In this document: positions 1 to 12,161 of the stretch, one piece after another | Position numbering within the stretch: position 1 is the first letter of the stretch | Layout of the letters: each line of letters begins with the position of its first letter | NCBI GenBank assembly: GCA_039621445.1 | Contig: CP154954.1 | Span: forward strand, 30,508,395-30,572,394 | Direction: 5' to 3' | Length of the DNA: 64,000 bases | Source of the DNA: Euglena gracilis | Taxonomy: Eukaryota | Notes under the pieces: model-generated | The model's database searches: none | What the model was told of the DNA's origin: nothing | What the model saw: the letters and a program-made list of their open reading frames with translations, nothing else | Position numbers and translations under genes: made by a program

Positions 1-98
1 CCCATACCCACACCTATACCCACACCCGCACACACTCCCGCACACATGCACACACGCGCGCGCACACACATGTGCACACACACACACACACCCATATG

Positions 99-2682
99 CA
101 AGCACCTATAGTAAAAATGGCCGAAAATGGCCGAAAATTGCCGAAAATGACCGAGAATGAAATTTTGGGCTCTATAGGTGGGGGTTCCGAAATTTGCCGA
201 AAATGGCCGAAAATGGCCGAAAATGGCCGAAAATGAGAAAAAATTTGTTGCAAATTTTTTTCGAGTTTTTTTTTTGCCTGACAGTTTCTTTTTCCCTGAG
301 GGGCAATTTTCAGTGCGACTGATTCTTGTCTCTGTGCAGCCTCTCTTCTTTTGTTATTATGCCAGGCCCTGCAACGCATGCTGCTCAAAGAACCACCTCC
401 GAAAGGGTTATTTGGGCCAAAGCTGAATGTTTTGATGGCATTTCAGAAAATTTTGGTGACAAGGGCGATGCTGGCATTTTTTTTTAACCCATTTTTGGGA
501 TAATTTCTTCACAAATCTCCAGTATTACACTCATCTTGACCATTTTGGATGATTTTTTGCTAATTGGGGATATTTTGCACTGATTCAGCAAATTTTGGGC
601 TAATTTGGGTCAATATGAGCACATTTGTCAATATGGCATTTTTGTCCATTTTGCGCCATTTTGGTGAATTTTTTCACATTTTTTTTGTGGTATTGTTGGC
701 GTTTTTGGGCAAGTTTATGTTATTTGAAGCCATTTTAGGTCATTTTGGTTGCTTTTTGGGACTTTTGTGGTCAATTTTAAGCTTTTTGTGGTCATTTTTG
801 GGGGTTTCTGCAGGGGGGGGGGGGGAATTGATATCCGCAATTTTTCCGCAATTTCCGCAATTTTCCGAAAATTTCCGCAATTTTCCGAAATTTTCCGCAA
901 TTTTTCCGCAATTTCCGCAATTTTTCCGCAATTTTTTCCCATTTTTTTTCCGCAGAATTTTTTTCCCACCACCGAAGATGGAAGATGCAATGAGTTCAAG
1001 CCATTCTTCAAATGGATCAACAGGTGTGCTATTGTGTTTTGTTGTTTTTTCCCCCCAGTTTACCAATTTTTCTCACAGGTGCACCACTGGTCACAGGATT
1101 GGGTGCGTCCCACCTGTGCAAAGAACATCAAGCGTTTTGATTTGTGCTCGCCTGCATCGACGTGGGTGTTGCGGTGTTCTGAACCTCACAATTGAAAATT
1201 TTCTAAGTCCCCTCAGACAGAAATGTGTATACCCGATATCAATTTTTCCGCAATTTTTCCGCAATTTCCGCAATTTTTCCGCAATTTTTCCGCAATTTTT
1301 CCGAAGGCCTCCGCTATCAATTATTCCCCCCCCCCTGGTTTCTGTGGTCATTTTGCTAGGTTGGGAGCCAGTGGATGCAGTGGTTGCAGATACTGGACAA
1401 GATGCAGTGGATGCATATGCTGTACAAGATGTAGACACTGGACAAGATGCAGATGCTGGACAAGATGCAGATGCTGGACAAGATGCAGATGCTGGACAAG
1501 ATGCAGATGCTGGACAAGATGCAGATGCTGGACAAGATGCAGATGCTGTACATGATGTAGATGCTGTTCAAGATGCAGATGCTGGACAAGATGCAGACAC
1601 TGGACAAGATGCCGCTGCCGTACAAGATGCAGATGCTGGACAAGATGCACACACCAGACAAGATGCAGTGATTACTGATGCAATGGATGTAGATATTGGA
1701 CAAGATGTAGATGCTGCACAAGATGCGATGTTGAACAAGGTGCAGACATTGGACAATTGGGTGAGCGCATTTGATGTCAATATTTCAACATTATGGGCCG
1801 ATCACATGTTTGTTTGCTTTTATTCTGCCGCTCAAGCTGAGCGCATTTTCTCCCAATTTCGCCACATCCAGACGGATGATCGTCTCAACATGACGGATGA
1901 AATTTTACATCAAGGCTTCTTTGAAGTCATGCCTCTCTTCTCCTGCCATTATGCCTGACCGTGGAACACATGCTGCTCAAAGAACCACCTCTGAATGGGT
2001 TATTTGGGCCAAAGGCGATGGTTTTGATGACATTTCAGAAAATTGTGGTGACAAGGTGCAACCAGGCAAAGTATGTGAAACGTTTTTTTCCACCGTTAAA
2101 GGTGTGATTCCTGCATTAGGTTTATTGCACACAATTGGATGGGATCTAATAGTGCCACCATCAAACAATGTTGCTTGGGTGTCAAGTTGGAATAGCGGAA
2201 GTTGTTTGTGAAAAGCATCCACGCCAAGAGGCTTGAAGAGAAAAGCATCGGGTTTGGTGTTGCCATTGTGGTTAATATGTCATGTGCCAACCGCTCTCAT
2301 GAAGCGTCCCAAGAACCCCCAGCAAAAAAAAAGACCAAAGTGGACAAGAGCCTCTCTGACAGGAAAAAGAAGCCTATTCTCAAAACCTTGCATTTGCATA
2401 TTGCAACAAAAACTCTTTGACCTCTTTAATCCCTGAGCACCCATTCCAAACGGACCTCCTTGGATGCGTTAGCTTGTCACGACTTCTTGCATGTTGACTG
2501 AATGATCAAAATGCATTGTTGGTATGAAAGAGTTTTAAGGCAGCTTTACCCCCCACCTATAGGAAAAAATGGCCGAAAATGGCCGAAAATGGCCGAAAAT
2601 GGCCGAAAATGGCCGAAAATGGCCGAAAATGGCCGAAAATGGCCGAAAATGGCGAAATCTGGGGGTCAACTATAGGTGCTTG
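99..2682. mobile_element. hAT-like non-autonomous TIR element (family A), composite, with a hAT dimerisation-domain relic
   Basis: TIR CAAGCACCTATAG/CTATAGGTGCTTG, TSD CCCATATG (91-98, 2683-2690), and GGCCGAAAAT 10-mer arrays at both ends. SAAQAERIFSQFRHIQTDDRLNMTDEIL at ~1824-1907. Confidence 0.9.
811..1337. mobile_element. Nested MITE with TTTTCCGCAA subterminal arrays
   Basis: CAG-polyG-AATTGATA / TATCAATT-polyC-CTG ends, flanked by duplicated GTTTCTG. Confidence 0.7.
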
Positions 2683-2778
2683 CCCATATGCATGCGCCCA
2701 CGCACACATGCACACACACACGCGTGCGCCTGCACACACGCGCCTACACCAGTGCACACACAAGCATGCACCGCCCAG

Positions 2779-5700
2779 GTCATCCAGTACGTGGTGGACC
2801 GCTGTGTGGCGGTGGCGGCGGAGGCCCGGCGGTGCCTGTTCCTCATCGGCACGTACACCATCGGCAAGGAGCGCGTGTTTACGGCAGTGGGCCGCGCCTT
2901 GGCCTGCCCGGTGCACGTCGATGCGGAGAAGTGTGCCTGCGTGGCGGGTCCGCGGCATTTCCCATCTTCCCATATCATTTTCATTTCCCGTATTTCCCAA
3001 TCGGGCACTGTCCTGGCAATGTGTATTGAGTTTCGACAAATTGCAAATTTCTATCAACCACTTTTGAGCGGTGGAATGTGAGGCACAATGTTTTGCCTGT
3101 GCTGCATTCCTTGAAGTACATCCCAAATGTCAGCCCATACCGATGATGGCCTTTTCCGCCTGACATCATTTGTGCTCCCGTGCTCCTCTTTTCCCCACCC
3201 TTTCAAAAGGCATCCCAATAAAATTCTTTTTTTGTTTACGTGCAAGCAGACTCAGCTGATTTGATTGTGGTGCTTGTTTTCTCACTCATACCCAGGCATT
3301 ATTTTTTTAAGGCAAGATTTCTCAAAAAAATTTAAGGTGTTTTTTAAGGTTTTTTAAGGGTTTTTAAGGTTTTTTGAGGATTTTAAAAAAATTTTAAGGT
3401 TTTTTAAGACATTTTTTCCCCTCAACTAAATGTCAGACCCCGAAGATGGCCCGATGGCTTCAGACTCCTCTGTGGCTTCGGAACGCCCAAGGAAGAAGCC
3501 TAGGGCGAAACATGGGGATCAGGGCGGTCCATGAGGGACAGTTATTGTCAACAGGCAAGCAAATGTCCTGAATAGGGTCAGAGATTTAAAGTAATTGCAA
3601 TGAAAAAAAAATGGATGGTTTCGGTTCTGGGTCGGCAATGTTACGTGGTTGCCAGAAATTGTATTTCTAACGTTCTCAGGCATTTGTGATTCCGCCATTT
3701 CACCTGTGCACATGGTGGGATGTGCTGGGGTAGAAGGTTTTTGGTGTTTTTAATAAAAGGATCCCCTCAACAGTGGGGTGTAACAGTTCACAAGCTGTTC
3801 TCCGTGTGTCAGGGTAAGGGTCCCAGGAATTTTGTATGGAAACTTTACCCTAACCCAACGCTTTTAAATAACATCATCAACTTTTTAGGTTCTGAATTGC
3901 AGCGGCCGCCTCCGGGGGGGGGGGCTTAAAAAGTTGGTCGACTAGTCGATCGAATTTTGAAGAGTCGACCGACTAGTCAATCGACTAGTCGGTGGGGTCA
4001 AAAACCCCGTTTACATTAGACTGGGGGATGGGGGAGGTTCTGGGTAGTCGATCGACCTAGTCTATCGATTACCCAGAACTCCGCCCCCCTACCGTATCCC
4101 TAACCCGAACCCTATCCTTAACCCTATCCCCTAATCCAAACCCTAAACGTATCTTTAACCCTAACCCTATCCCTAACCCTATCCCTAACCGTATCCCTAA
4201 CTCTAACCCTAACCCTAACCCTATCCCCAACCCTATCCCAAACCAACCCTAACCCCAACCCTAACCCTGACCGTATCCCTAACCGTATCCCTAACCCTAA
4301 CCCTATCGATGACCCTATCCCAAACCCTAACCCTATCCCTAACCCCTAACCATATCCCTATTCTATCCCTAACCCTGACAGTTTGACAGTGTATAAACCA
4401 AATTGAGAAGAATTTGGTCGGGGGGGGGGGGTGGGGGGGCTTAAATTCCAAAAGGGGGGGTAATGCGGCACAGTGGAGGTTGGGCCGACCTGGTCGGCCC
4501 GACCTCCACAGGTCGATAACTCCATGGTCGGGCCGACCATAGGTCGGCCCGACCTCCAGAAGTAGCATGGCCAGTATACCGCCCGGGGCCCATTACACAC
4601 TACCTCTCTAATGCCAGAAACCTTTGCAAACAATCCGGTTTTCATATTGTTTGTTCACAGCCGCTTCTGCATTGACTGGCTTTATGCGGGATTTTAAACA
4701 TGCCATTATTTGTTTGTTGCAAGAAAATTTTTTTTATCAAGGAGAATTTTTAAGGTTTTTAAAGGTTTTTAAAGGTTTTTTAAGGTTTTTTAAGGTTTTT
4801 TAAGGCGCCTTAAAAAAAATTAATGCCTGCTCATACCCCCCCCCCCCCCGCCCACAACCCCACCCGCATTGGGCTGAACCTCCAAACTGCGGATTAGCCC
4901 CCTTTCCGGTTGGAAATCGGTAAGACCAATGCCACCCACCGCCACCACCAGATCCTGCAAACCCCAGCGGTGATGGGTGGGCTGAGGTTCACCTGCAGGA
5001 TGGCAGCTGGACCCGGGTGGACCGTGACCCCATTCCCTCCCAACCCACACCCCACCGTCCAGTCAAGAGGACACATTGCCCCTTCCCCCAGGGATGGACC
5101 TAGGACCAAATTTTTTTTGTGTTGTGCTGTCGTGGGTAGGTCAGGCGGGCCCCCCATCAGGGCATTCCTTAAGCTGGAGGGTATCCTACCCCCCCCCCCC
5201 CCCGGGGGTTCCAGCCAGCCAGCAGCTCAAATCCGGCCAGCAGCCCAAATTCAGGCTGGGAGCCCTCCCCCCCCTGGGGGGGTCGAGTGAAACAAAGTCG
5301 GGTCCAGGCTGGCCAGCCAACTTGGCTTCCCAGCTCACCTATTCATGCATTTTTCCCCTCATCACAGCTTCCTCCATCACAGTCCCCCAGCCTTGATCTA
5401 GCTCTATCCGTAAAAAATTCGAAAATGGCAAAAAAAATTGGAAAATTTTGTTTTTCATCGACCCAGCCCAGCCCCGGACCCCCCCCCCTGTCCCCCGGTG
5501 GGGAGGGAGGCCAGCCAGCAGCCTTTTTGTCAGCCGGCGGCTGGACCCCCCCCCAGGGGGTCCCTAAGAAAACCCCTGCCCCCTCATGACCCGGGTGGGC
5601 CGGCCGGGTGGGCGGTCGACGACCCCCAGGCGTTCCCATCCAGCCCGGCCTCTCGCCGTCCGCTGCCTCCCGCCCACAGGTTCCAGACGCTGCAGCACTG

Positions 5701-8083
5701 CGGCTTCGACATGGGGGCGTTCCGCCTGACCGCCGACTGGCGGCCGGGCAGCGACCCCTGCTGCGTCGTGGCGCTGCCCATGCTGGCCCTCTCCTTCAAG
5801 CGTGTGTGTCCCCCCACCCCCTCGGTGAGGGGTCGGGCACACCTCGTGCACCGGGGTCATCGGCAACACGGGTGGGGGGAACTTGTGGGTTCATTTTTCC
5901 ATTCCTTCGCCGCAATGCATATCATCCCCCAAGCCGCCATTTGGTGCTCATTCCGTTGTTGTGCCACTCCAGAGAGAAACACCTCATCGCCTAAAATTGT
6001 GGGTGTTGGCAACGTTTGGTGCATGGGGCTGTCATAAGCCGGAGGGACCCCACCCCCTGAGGGAGACCAGCCATCCAGTTCCCTCTTTCCAGCCAGCAGC
6101 TCCCAGGCGGGCTGCAGCGGGGGGGGGGGGGTGTCCACTGAAATAACAAAGTTGGGGAGGGCGGGCACGGGCCGGTTGGGGTTCGCCGGGCTTCACTATA
6201 AATGTTTTCCACACATAGCGCTGAAAATTTTCAGGAAAAGGGGGGGTTCCAACTGGCCCAAACCGCATTTTTGGAACAAAATTGGTTAACCTGAAAAATC
6301 CCAAAACCAACAGGATTCGGATTTTCTTATCCAGTTTTTGGGTACCACTCGGGCGTAGCCAGGCTGGACCCCCCCCCCCTGGACCTCCCACACTGGGGGA
6401 GCTGCCAGCACCGTTTTTCCAGCCAGCACCTTTTTCCGGCCAGCACCTTTTTCCGGCTGGTGGACCCCCTCCCTGGGGGGCCTGAAGGAAACCCCTGATT
6501 CAGTGCGGTGGTTCAGCCCAAGGAGAGCACTGGAGTGGTCCGAATACGTTGGAGGGTTGATTTGCTACCGCCTGCCCTTCCTGCTCATCTTGTCGCGCAG
6601 GGTCTTGTTGGAACCCCACTCCCCTTGAGGTGTTGCTTTTGGATCCCCCGGTGGGGGCCGGGGGGGGGGGGGGGGGGGCTGTCAGGCTTCTTCCAAAGGA
6701 AAGGTCGCACCCCCCAGGGCAGTGGGTGCTTTGGAAAGGCAGTGGGGGAAGGCCTTTTCGGCCCCCGGAGGGGGATCAAGTTTTTGGTTGGGGTGAGTCT
6801 CAGCCGCGCCCCGGCCCAAAAACAGCCCCGCCCGGGACCCCTAGAGGGAGATGTGTCTGAATGGGCAGGCACCCTAAAGTTGATGGCCCCTCCTCGGGGT
6901 CTTTGAACAGAAGGGCGGTGGGGACCAAAGCCACTTCTCATCTTGGATGAGCGGCTCGGCGCCCCCTCCGCCTGTGCACAGGGGTGGCGGCGTACCTGCA
7001 GAGCGGCCGGCTGCCATTCCTTGGCGGGCAGCCCATTGACCACTTCGACGCCATCGTTGCCTTCTGCCCCACCGGCTGGGTGTGTGTTTGTGTTGTGCTG
7101 CGCTGTGCAGTGCTTTGCTGTGGTGTGCTGGGTGTGGGTGTGGGTGTGGGTGTGGGTGTGGGTGTGGGTGCAAGTGTGGGTTTGTGGGTTGTGCCACCCC
7201 CACCCCCCGACACCCACCCACACGCCCACACGCGCCCACACGGTCGGTGGATGGGTCGGTGGGTGCGTGTTTGGATACCAGTGCTTGTGTGTGCGCGTCC
7301 CATGAACCGTAACACACATTTCCACACACCTCAGCACCTTTGTGGAGGGGGAATGGGGAAGGGAAAGGCCACTGCACTCAACAGTACAATGGCCATTTGG
7401 AATTGCCCGGTACCAACCCTGTGGGAGAAGCGTTGCTCACACAACACATTCGCAAACGGAAACGGTCGTGGGATGGCTGGCGCCGCCTCCTGGAAATGGG
7501 TGGCATCACAGAGTACGGGTGCCTCCGGGGCCTACAGCAAACGGCAGCAGGGGCCATTCGAGGTGCACAGCGTGCCTTACAGGTGTGGGGTTGGCTGTTG
7601 GCTGGAGGATCGACTGACAGCTGGAAGTTGCCCCCTCAATCTTTGATGAGGTAAATGGGGCCAAGGCGGTTGGGGTATGAAAGCTCTGCCCGATGATGGA
7701 CCTGGCCAACTCTGTTGCCGATTCCTCTGGACCTGGGGCATTTGTGTGTGTGTGTGATGATTTAAATAGTTTATATGTGTTGATTGAAACTCTGTAGGAA
7801 TTTTTTTTGTGATAATCTCTGACCAAGTGGAAATGGTCGGAATATCTTGGCACATGTCTTCAGAGTCTTTAGCTTTATTTTTGTATCATTTTGTATTTGT
7901 TTGCTGTTTTGAGTCGCTTTTGCAGAGAGTTCAGGCACTCTCTCCCCTCTTACAGGCCGATTGACACTCACTGCCTGTCATCATCCCCGCAGCGAACACT
8001 CCAGCTTCCGCGAGCTGCTTGATTTCGTGGAGTTCCTCCGGCCGAAGAGCATCGTCCCCACCGTTGATGCCAAGGCATTCCAA
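2779..8083 (+). CDS. SNM1: DNA cross-link repair SNM1/PSO2/DCLRE1A-family beta-CASP metallo-beta-lactamase nuclease, internal exons (5' part upstream of window)
   Basis: Phase-compatible AG/GT exons 2779-2930, 5680-5801, 6982-7079, 7512-7582 and 7993-8083. They give the family motifs FLIGTYTIGKERVF, IVAFCPTGW and [28 protein letters not shown]. Confidence 0.9.
3293..4829. mobile_element. hAT-like MITE with TTTTAAGG subterminal arrays
   Basis: TIR CAGGCATTA..TTTTTTAAGGC / GCCTTAAAAAAAATTAATGCCTG and TSD CTCATACC (3285-3292, 4830-4837). Confidence 0.85.
4097..4377. repeat. Degenerate telomere-like (CCCTAA/CCCTAT)n tract, interstitial
   Basis: About 280 bp of CCCTAA and CCCTAT hexamer variants inside the 3293-4829 element. 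Confidence 0.8.
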
Positions 8084-8624
8084 GTAAGTGGCCTCCCTCC
8101 CCCCAGTTCGGGTCCAGACCCTGCACACTCACCCACCCACCCATCCACCCACCAAACCACCAAACCACCACACACACGTGCACACAGAACTGCATCCACG
8201 CTGGGGGGCCGAAGAGCCAATAACAGCCACCGAACAGACAGCCGCAGTCTGCAATGGAGTGGTGTTTTTCCCGGGTGGACAACCCGGTCCTTCGTAATTG
8301 TCTTTTTGTCCAGCTGAACGATCTTGCCGCTCCTTTTCTGACCGAAACAAACGGCAGAACGGATTTCACTCGTGCGCGCAAACGCGGGCGTGTTTACCAC
8401 CGCCTTTTGGCACATTTGGTGTGCCGTCCAGCTTGGCGGCCGGGCCACCCGCTTCCCCCCGCCCGGCCCTCCCCTCCGCCCGGGCCCCCAGGCCACGCGG
8501 GAGGCGTTCTTGCGGCTCTGCCGGCAGCCCCCGGCAGGGCCCCGCCTCCCTGGGCCACCCTGCCGCCGCTGGCACGGCACTGGGTTCTCTTCGGGGGGGG
8601 ATTCTGATGGCGCAGGGTCCCGGG

Positions 8625-9075
8625 CATACATCTCTCTAAGGTTTTGCGAACCCCCCCCGGGGGGGAGGGCGGCTGCAGCCAGCCCCGATTTGGGCTCAGC
8701 CCAGCCGCAGCAGCACCCCCCCTGGGGGGGGGGGGTGCTGCTAGCCCAGCTAGCCAGCCCCTTTTTTGGGGGTCCAGCACAAAATTTTTCGGCGCAAAGG
8801 GCCGAATTTTTTTGAAAAATTGTGTTCAAAAGTGGCCAAAAATGGGGTTTGGGGGGCGTTTGGGGCATTTTTTGGGGGGTTTCAGATGCATCATTTTTTC
8901 AAAACTGTGTTCTGCAGGTCATTTTTGGGCATTTTTCCGATTTCAGTCCAGCTCGCCCCGGTTCGGGTCCAGCCGGGGCCTAGCCCCCCCCGGGGGGGGG
9001 GCGGGCTAGCCAGCCCAAATTTCTAGCCCTAGCCCAGCAACCCCCCCCCCCCCGGGGTCCTTAAAGAGATGTATG
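8625..9075. mobile_element. hAT-like MITE (CATAC...GTATG family)
   Basis: TIR CATACATCTCT(C/T)TAAGG / CCTTAAAGAGATGTATG and TSD GTCCCGGG (8617-8624, 9076-9083). Confidence 0.85.
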
Positions 9076-9249
9076 GTCCCGGGCGTGAGTGTGAAGCAGT
9101 TTTCCGTTGGGGGTGATGTGACAGGGGGCAGTGAGCACCCCCTCACCCCCCACCCCCACCCTGCCTTTTGCCGCCTTTTGGGTTTCAGCCCAAAGAGCCA
9201 GCCTGATGAGCCCACGCTTTGGGCTGAGCCAGTGCGGGCTCAGCCCAAA

Positions 9250-9598
9250 GAACCTGAGCCACACTGTGTCCTCTGTCGTCGAAGAGACCTCTTTCATCCA
9301 AGCCCCTCCGGAAGTGGGTGCTGTTCTGGAGGTTCGTGCCCATGAGCACACCCCACTCCCCCCTTTCTCATCGATGTATCGACCTGACACTAGCGTTAGC
9401 GGAGGCGTCCGCAGAGGCGTTGCCCTGGCCTGCCATCGGTCATCCAGCGGCTGGGGGGTTATGCGACCGTCCACGGGCAGCCCACCAGGGGTTGACGGTG
9501 GGTGGGTGTGGGTGTGGGTGTGGGTGTGGGTGTGGGTGTGGGTGTGGGTGTGGGTGTGGGTGTGGGTGTGGGTGTGGGTGTGGGTGTGGGTGTGTGTT

Positions 9599-9661
<63 letters not shown>

Positions 9662-9800
9662 GTGTTGTTTGTTTGTTTGTTTGTTTGTTTGTTTGTTTGT
9701 TTGTTTGTTTGTTTGTTTGTTTGTTTGTTTGTTTGTTTGTTTGTTTGTTTGTTTGTTTGTTTGTTTGTTTGTTTGTTTGTTTGTTTGTTTGTTTGTTTGT

Positions 9801-9836
<36 letters not shown>

Positions 9837-9910
9837 GCGTGCGTGCGTGTGTGCGTGCGTGCGTGCGCGCGCGCGCGTGTGTGTGTGTGTGTTGTGTGTG
9901 TTGTGGTGTG

Positions 9911-9961
<51 letters not shown>

Positions 9962-12113
9962 ATGTGTGAGTTGTGTGTGTGTGTGTGTTGTGCGTGCGCG
10001 CCAGCACGTGGGCATGTGTTGTGGGTGGGTAGATACACTTGTTTTTGGAAGTGGGTCGCCCGACTGGAGGGGGAAAACGAAAATCAGCAACATGCAAGGA
10101 AGTCATCATTGGGGTGTTTTGGGTTTATTTGTGGATGGAATTTATCCTCAGTGTTTTGCATGAAGCCCGAAGGCATGATTTTTCCTGGTCAAAAGCCTCA
10201 AACTGCTTTCTTCAAAGGCAGAATCTGTTGATTGGGAGGGGAGGAATCTTTTTTTAATAAGAATAATGTCTCATTTTTCTATTTGTCAATGGGAGCCCGC
10301 TTTCATCCTTGAAGGTGGACCTGAAATAATTGGGGGAAAATGGTAACCCCTGTCCCCCAGACTAAGGATTTTGCTTGGTTGGCCGGCCGAAGGGGGGGTT
10401 TGGTGGTGGCGGGGGGGTAAGGGTAAACCAAGGAATTGTCGGTCGAAACCCAGTCCCCACACAGATGACCCACGCCACCTATTTTTGAACCAAATTGTCC
10501 AGTATTTCAATTTTCATGGTAGTGGGTCACATAAATTGCAAAAAAAAAAATGATTTTGGGGGTTTTGGGTCCAAAATAATTGTCCCCCGGGGGACGGTGC
10601 ACACCACCGTTTGGTTAGCTGTCCCGACGGTCTTAAAAGTGAAGGGGGTTACAAGTGTTCTCTTGCAAGTGGCCTGGGAAGGCTGCTTTAGGTTCCAACT
10701 CAGGGACTTGCCATGAGATTCGATCTTTGAGCTGGATTCGATCTTTGAGCTCCCGTGTCGCCAAGGATGAGAAGAGCCCCGTGGCAAACACAGAGAGGTT
10801 CCCCTTCGGCGAGAAGGAGACGCCCCCAGCCTCTGACAGTCTTGGTGTGCTGACCTCCTCCCACCCAGCAGGAAAGTGCTACAGCTTTTATTGACCACCT
10901 TGCCATTCTCACCATGTTTTGCAGATTCCTCATCATTGTTGTATGACGAGAGCAGTTGTGTGTTCTTCGACGAGGGCGAGGATTCCCAGCAGAGCATGAG
11001 TGTGCGACAGCTTTCCATAAACTCAGGCATGCATGTTACTCACGTACGCTGCGTGTGGATGTGGATGCATGTATTGTTTGGGAGAGTGCGCTTTGTTCGT
11101 TGTTTGTGCCCACATATGATGGGCTGTCCTTTTTGAAGCTCCAACGGAAATAAAGACGCGGGCGAAATTATGCAGTTATGAGCTGCCTCTGTTGATAAAA
11201 TATCATGTCCATCATCTCTGGGTATTAGTCTCAGGAACCCACCTGGTCAGGGATAGGCATTGGAAACAAATTCTTTTTAACTTGGAAGATCCCCCTGGTT
11301 TTGGCTTATTTTTGACGTCCGAAAAATTTTTAGATCCCAAAAACGACCCCCCAAGAAGGGTTCCCCTGGACCCTCTCCCTGAGGGGTACTTGCCGGGTGG
11401 GCAGGTGACCACCCCCCCGGTATTAAAAAATCTGCATTTGGGTCCTGGGCCAGAAGCCTGGGCCTGGGTTCCAGCGAAGCGCCAGCATTTTTTTTTGGAA
11501 TGCCTTCAGATGGGCCGATTTTAGTGAGTTCCCAAGAGGAGTCCCCCGGGGGGGGGGGGGGGGCCACACCATGGGGGGGGGGGGGGTAGACGGGGGGGGG
11601 GGGGGGCACTACCCTGGGGGGCCTTTCAAATGATTGGACCCACGCCACGCGTCGCGAGGCGCACACACCTCCCGTAGCACACCGCCAGGCACCGTCCCCC
11701 GGTTGCTGCCGCCGTGCCCCTTACCCCCCTCCCCTCCCTCACACCGCAGCACCGGACACGTCCGCCCCCGGCCCCACACTCCCCCCGGGGGGCGGCCTGG
11801 TCGCCCCCTGGCCGGCGGGTGGGGGGCTGGGCGGGCCCCGCGCCAGCTCCCCACCCCAGCCCCCCCCCCTCCCAGGGGAACCCGGCCCCCCCCCCCCCCC
11901 CCCGCCCCCCCCCCCGCCCCCAAGGCCGCTCCCTACTCCCCTCCCTGGTCCCTCCCAGTAAGACCCAGAGCCAAGCAGCACAAATGAGTATCTATCCCTC
12001 TTGCTTTTCCTCGAGGCCCCTTTTGGGCCGCCCTTTTTTGTCTTTCTGTGGTGGTCGGGGCCCCGCCCTGATAGCACGCTCCCTCGCCGTGGGACACCTG
12101 GCCTCACCCCAGC

Positions 12114-12161
<48 letters not shown>

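Noticed and set aside
564-1958. 464-aa ORF and other GQDADA/MLDKMQ repeat ORFs (also 16464-17645 and 47980-48542)
   Set aside because: They stay open because an 18-bp stop-free minisatellite and other repeats lie inside TIR elements. Only the short hAT-like tail looks like real protein.
8617-9083. MITE 8625-9075 as a second exon-inserted intron
   Set aside because: The empty-site sequence gives no convincing conserved reading frame, so I cannot place it in an exon.
9061-10231. Long ORFs on both strands
   Set aside because: Translations of microsatellites.
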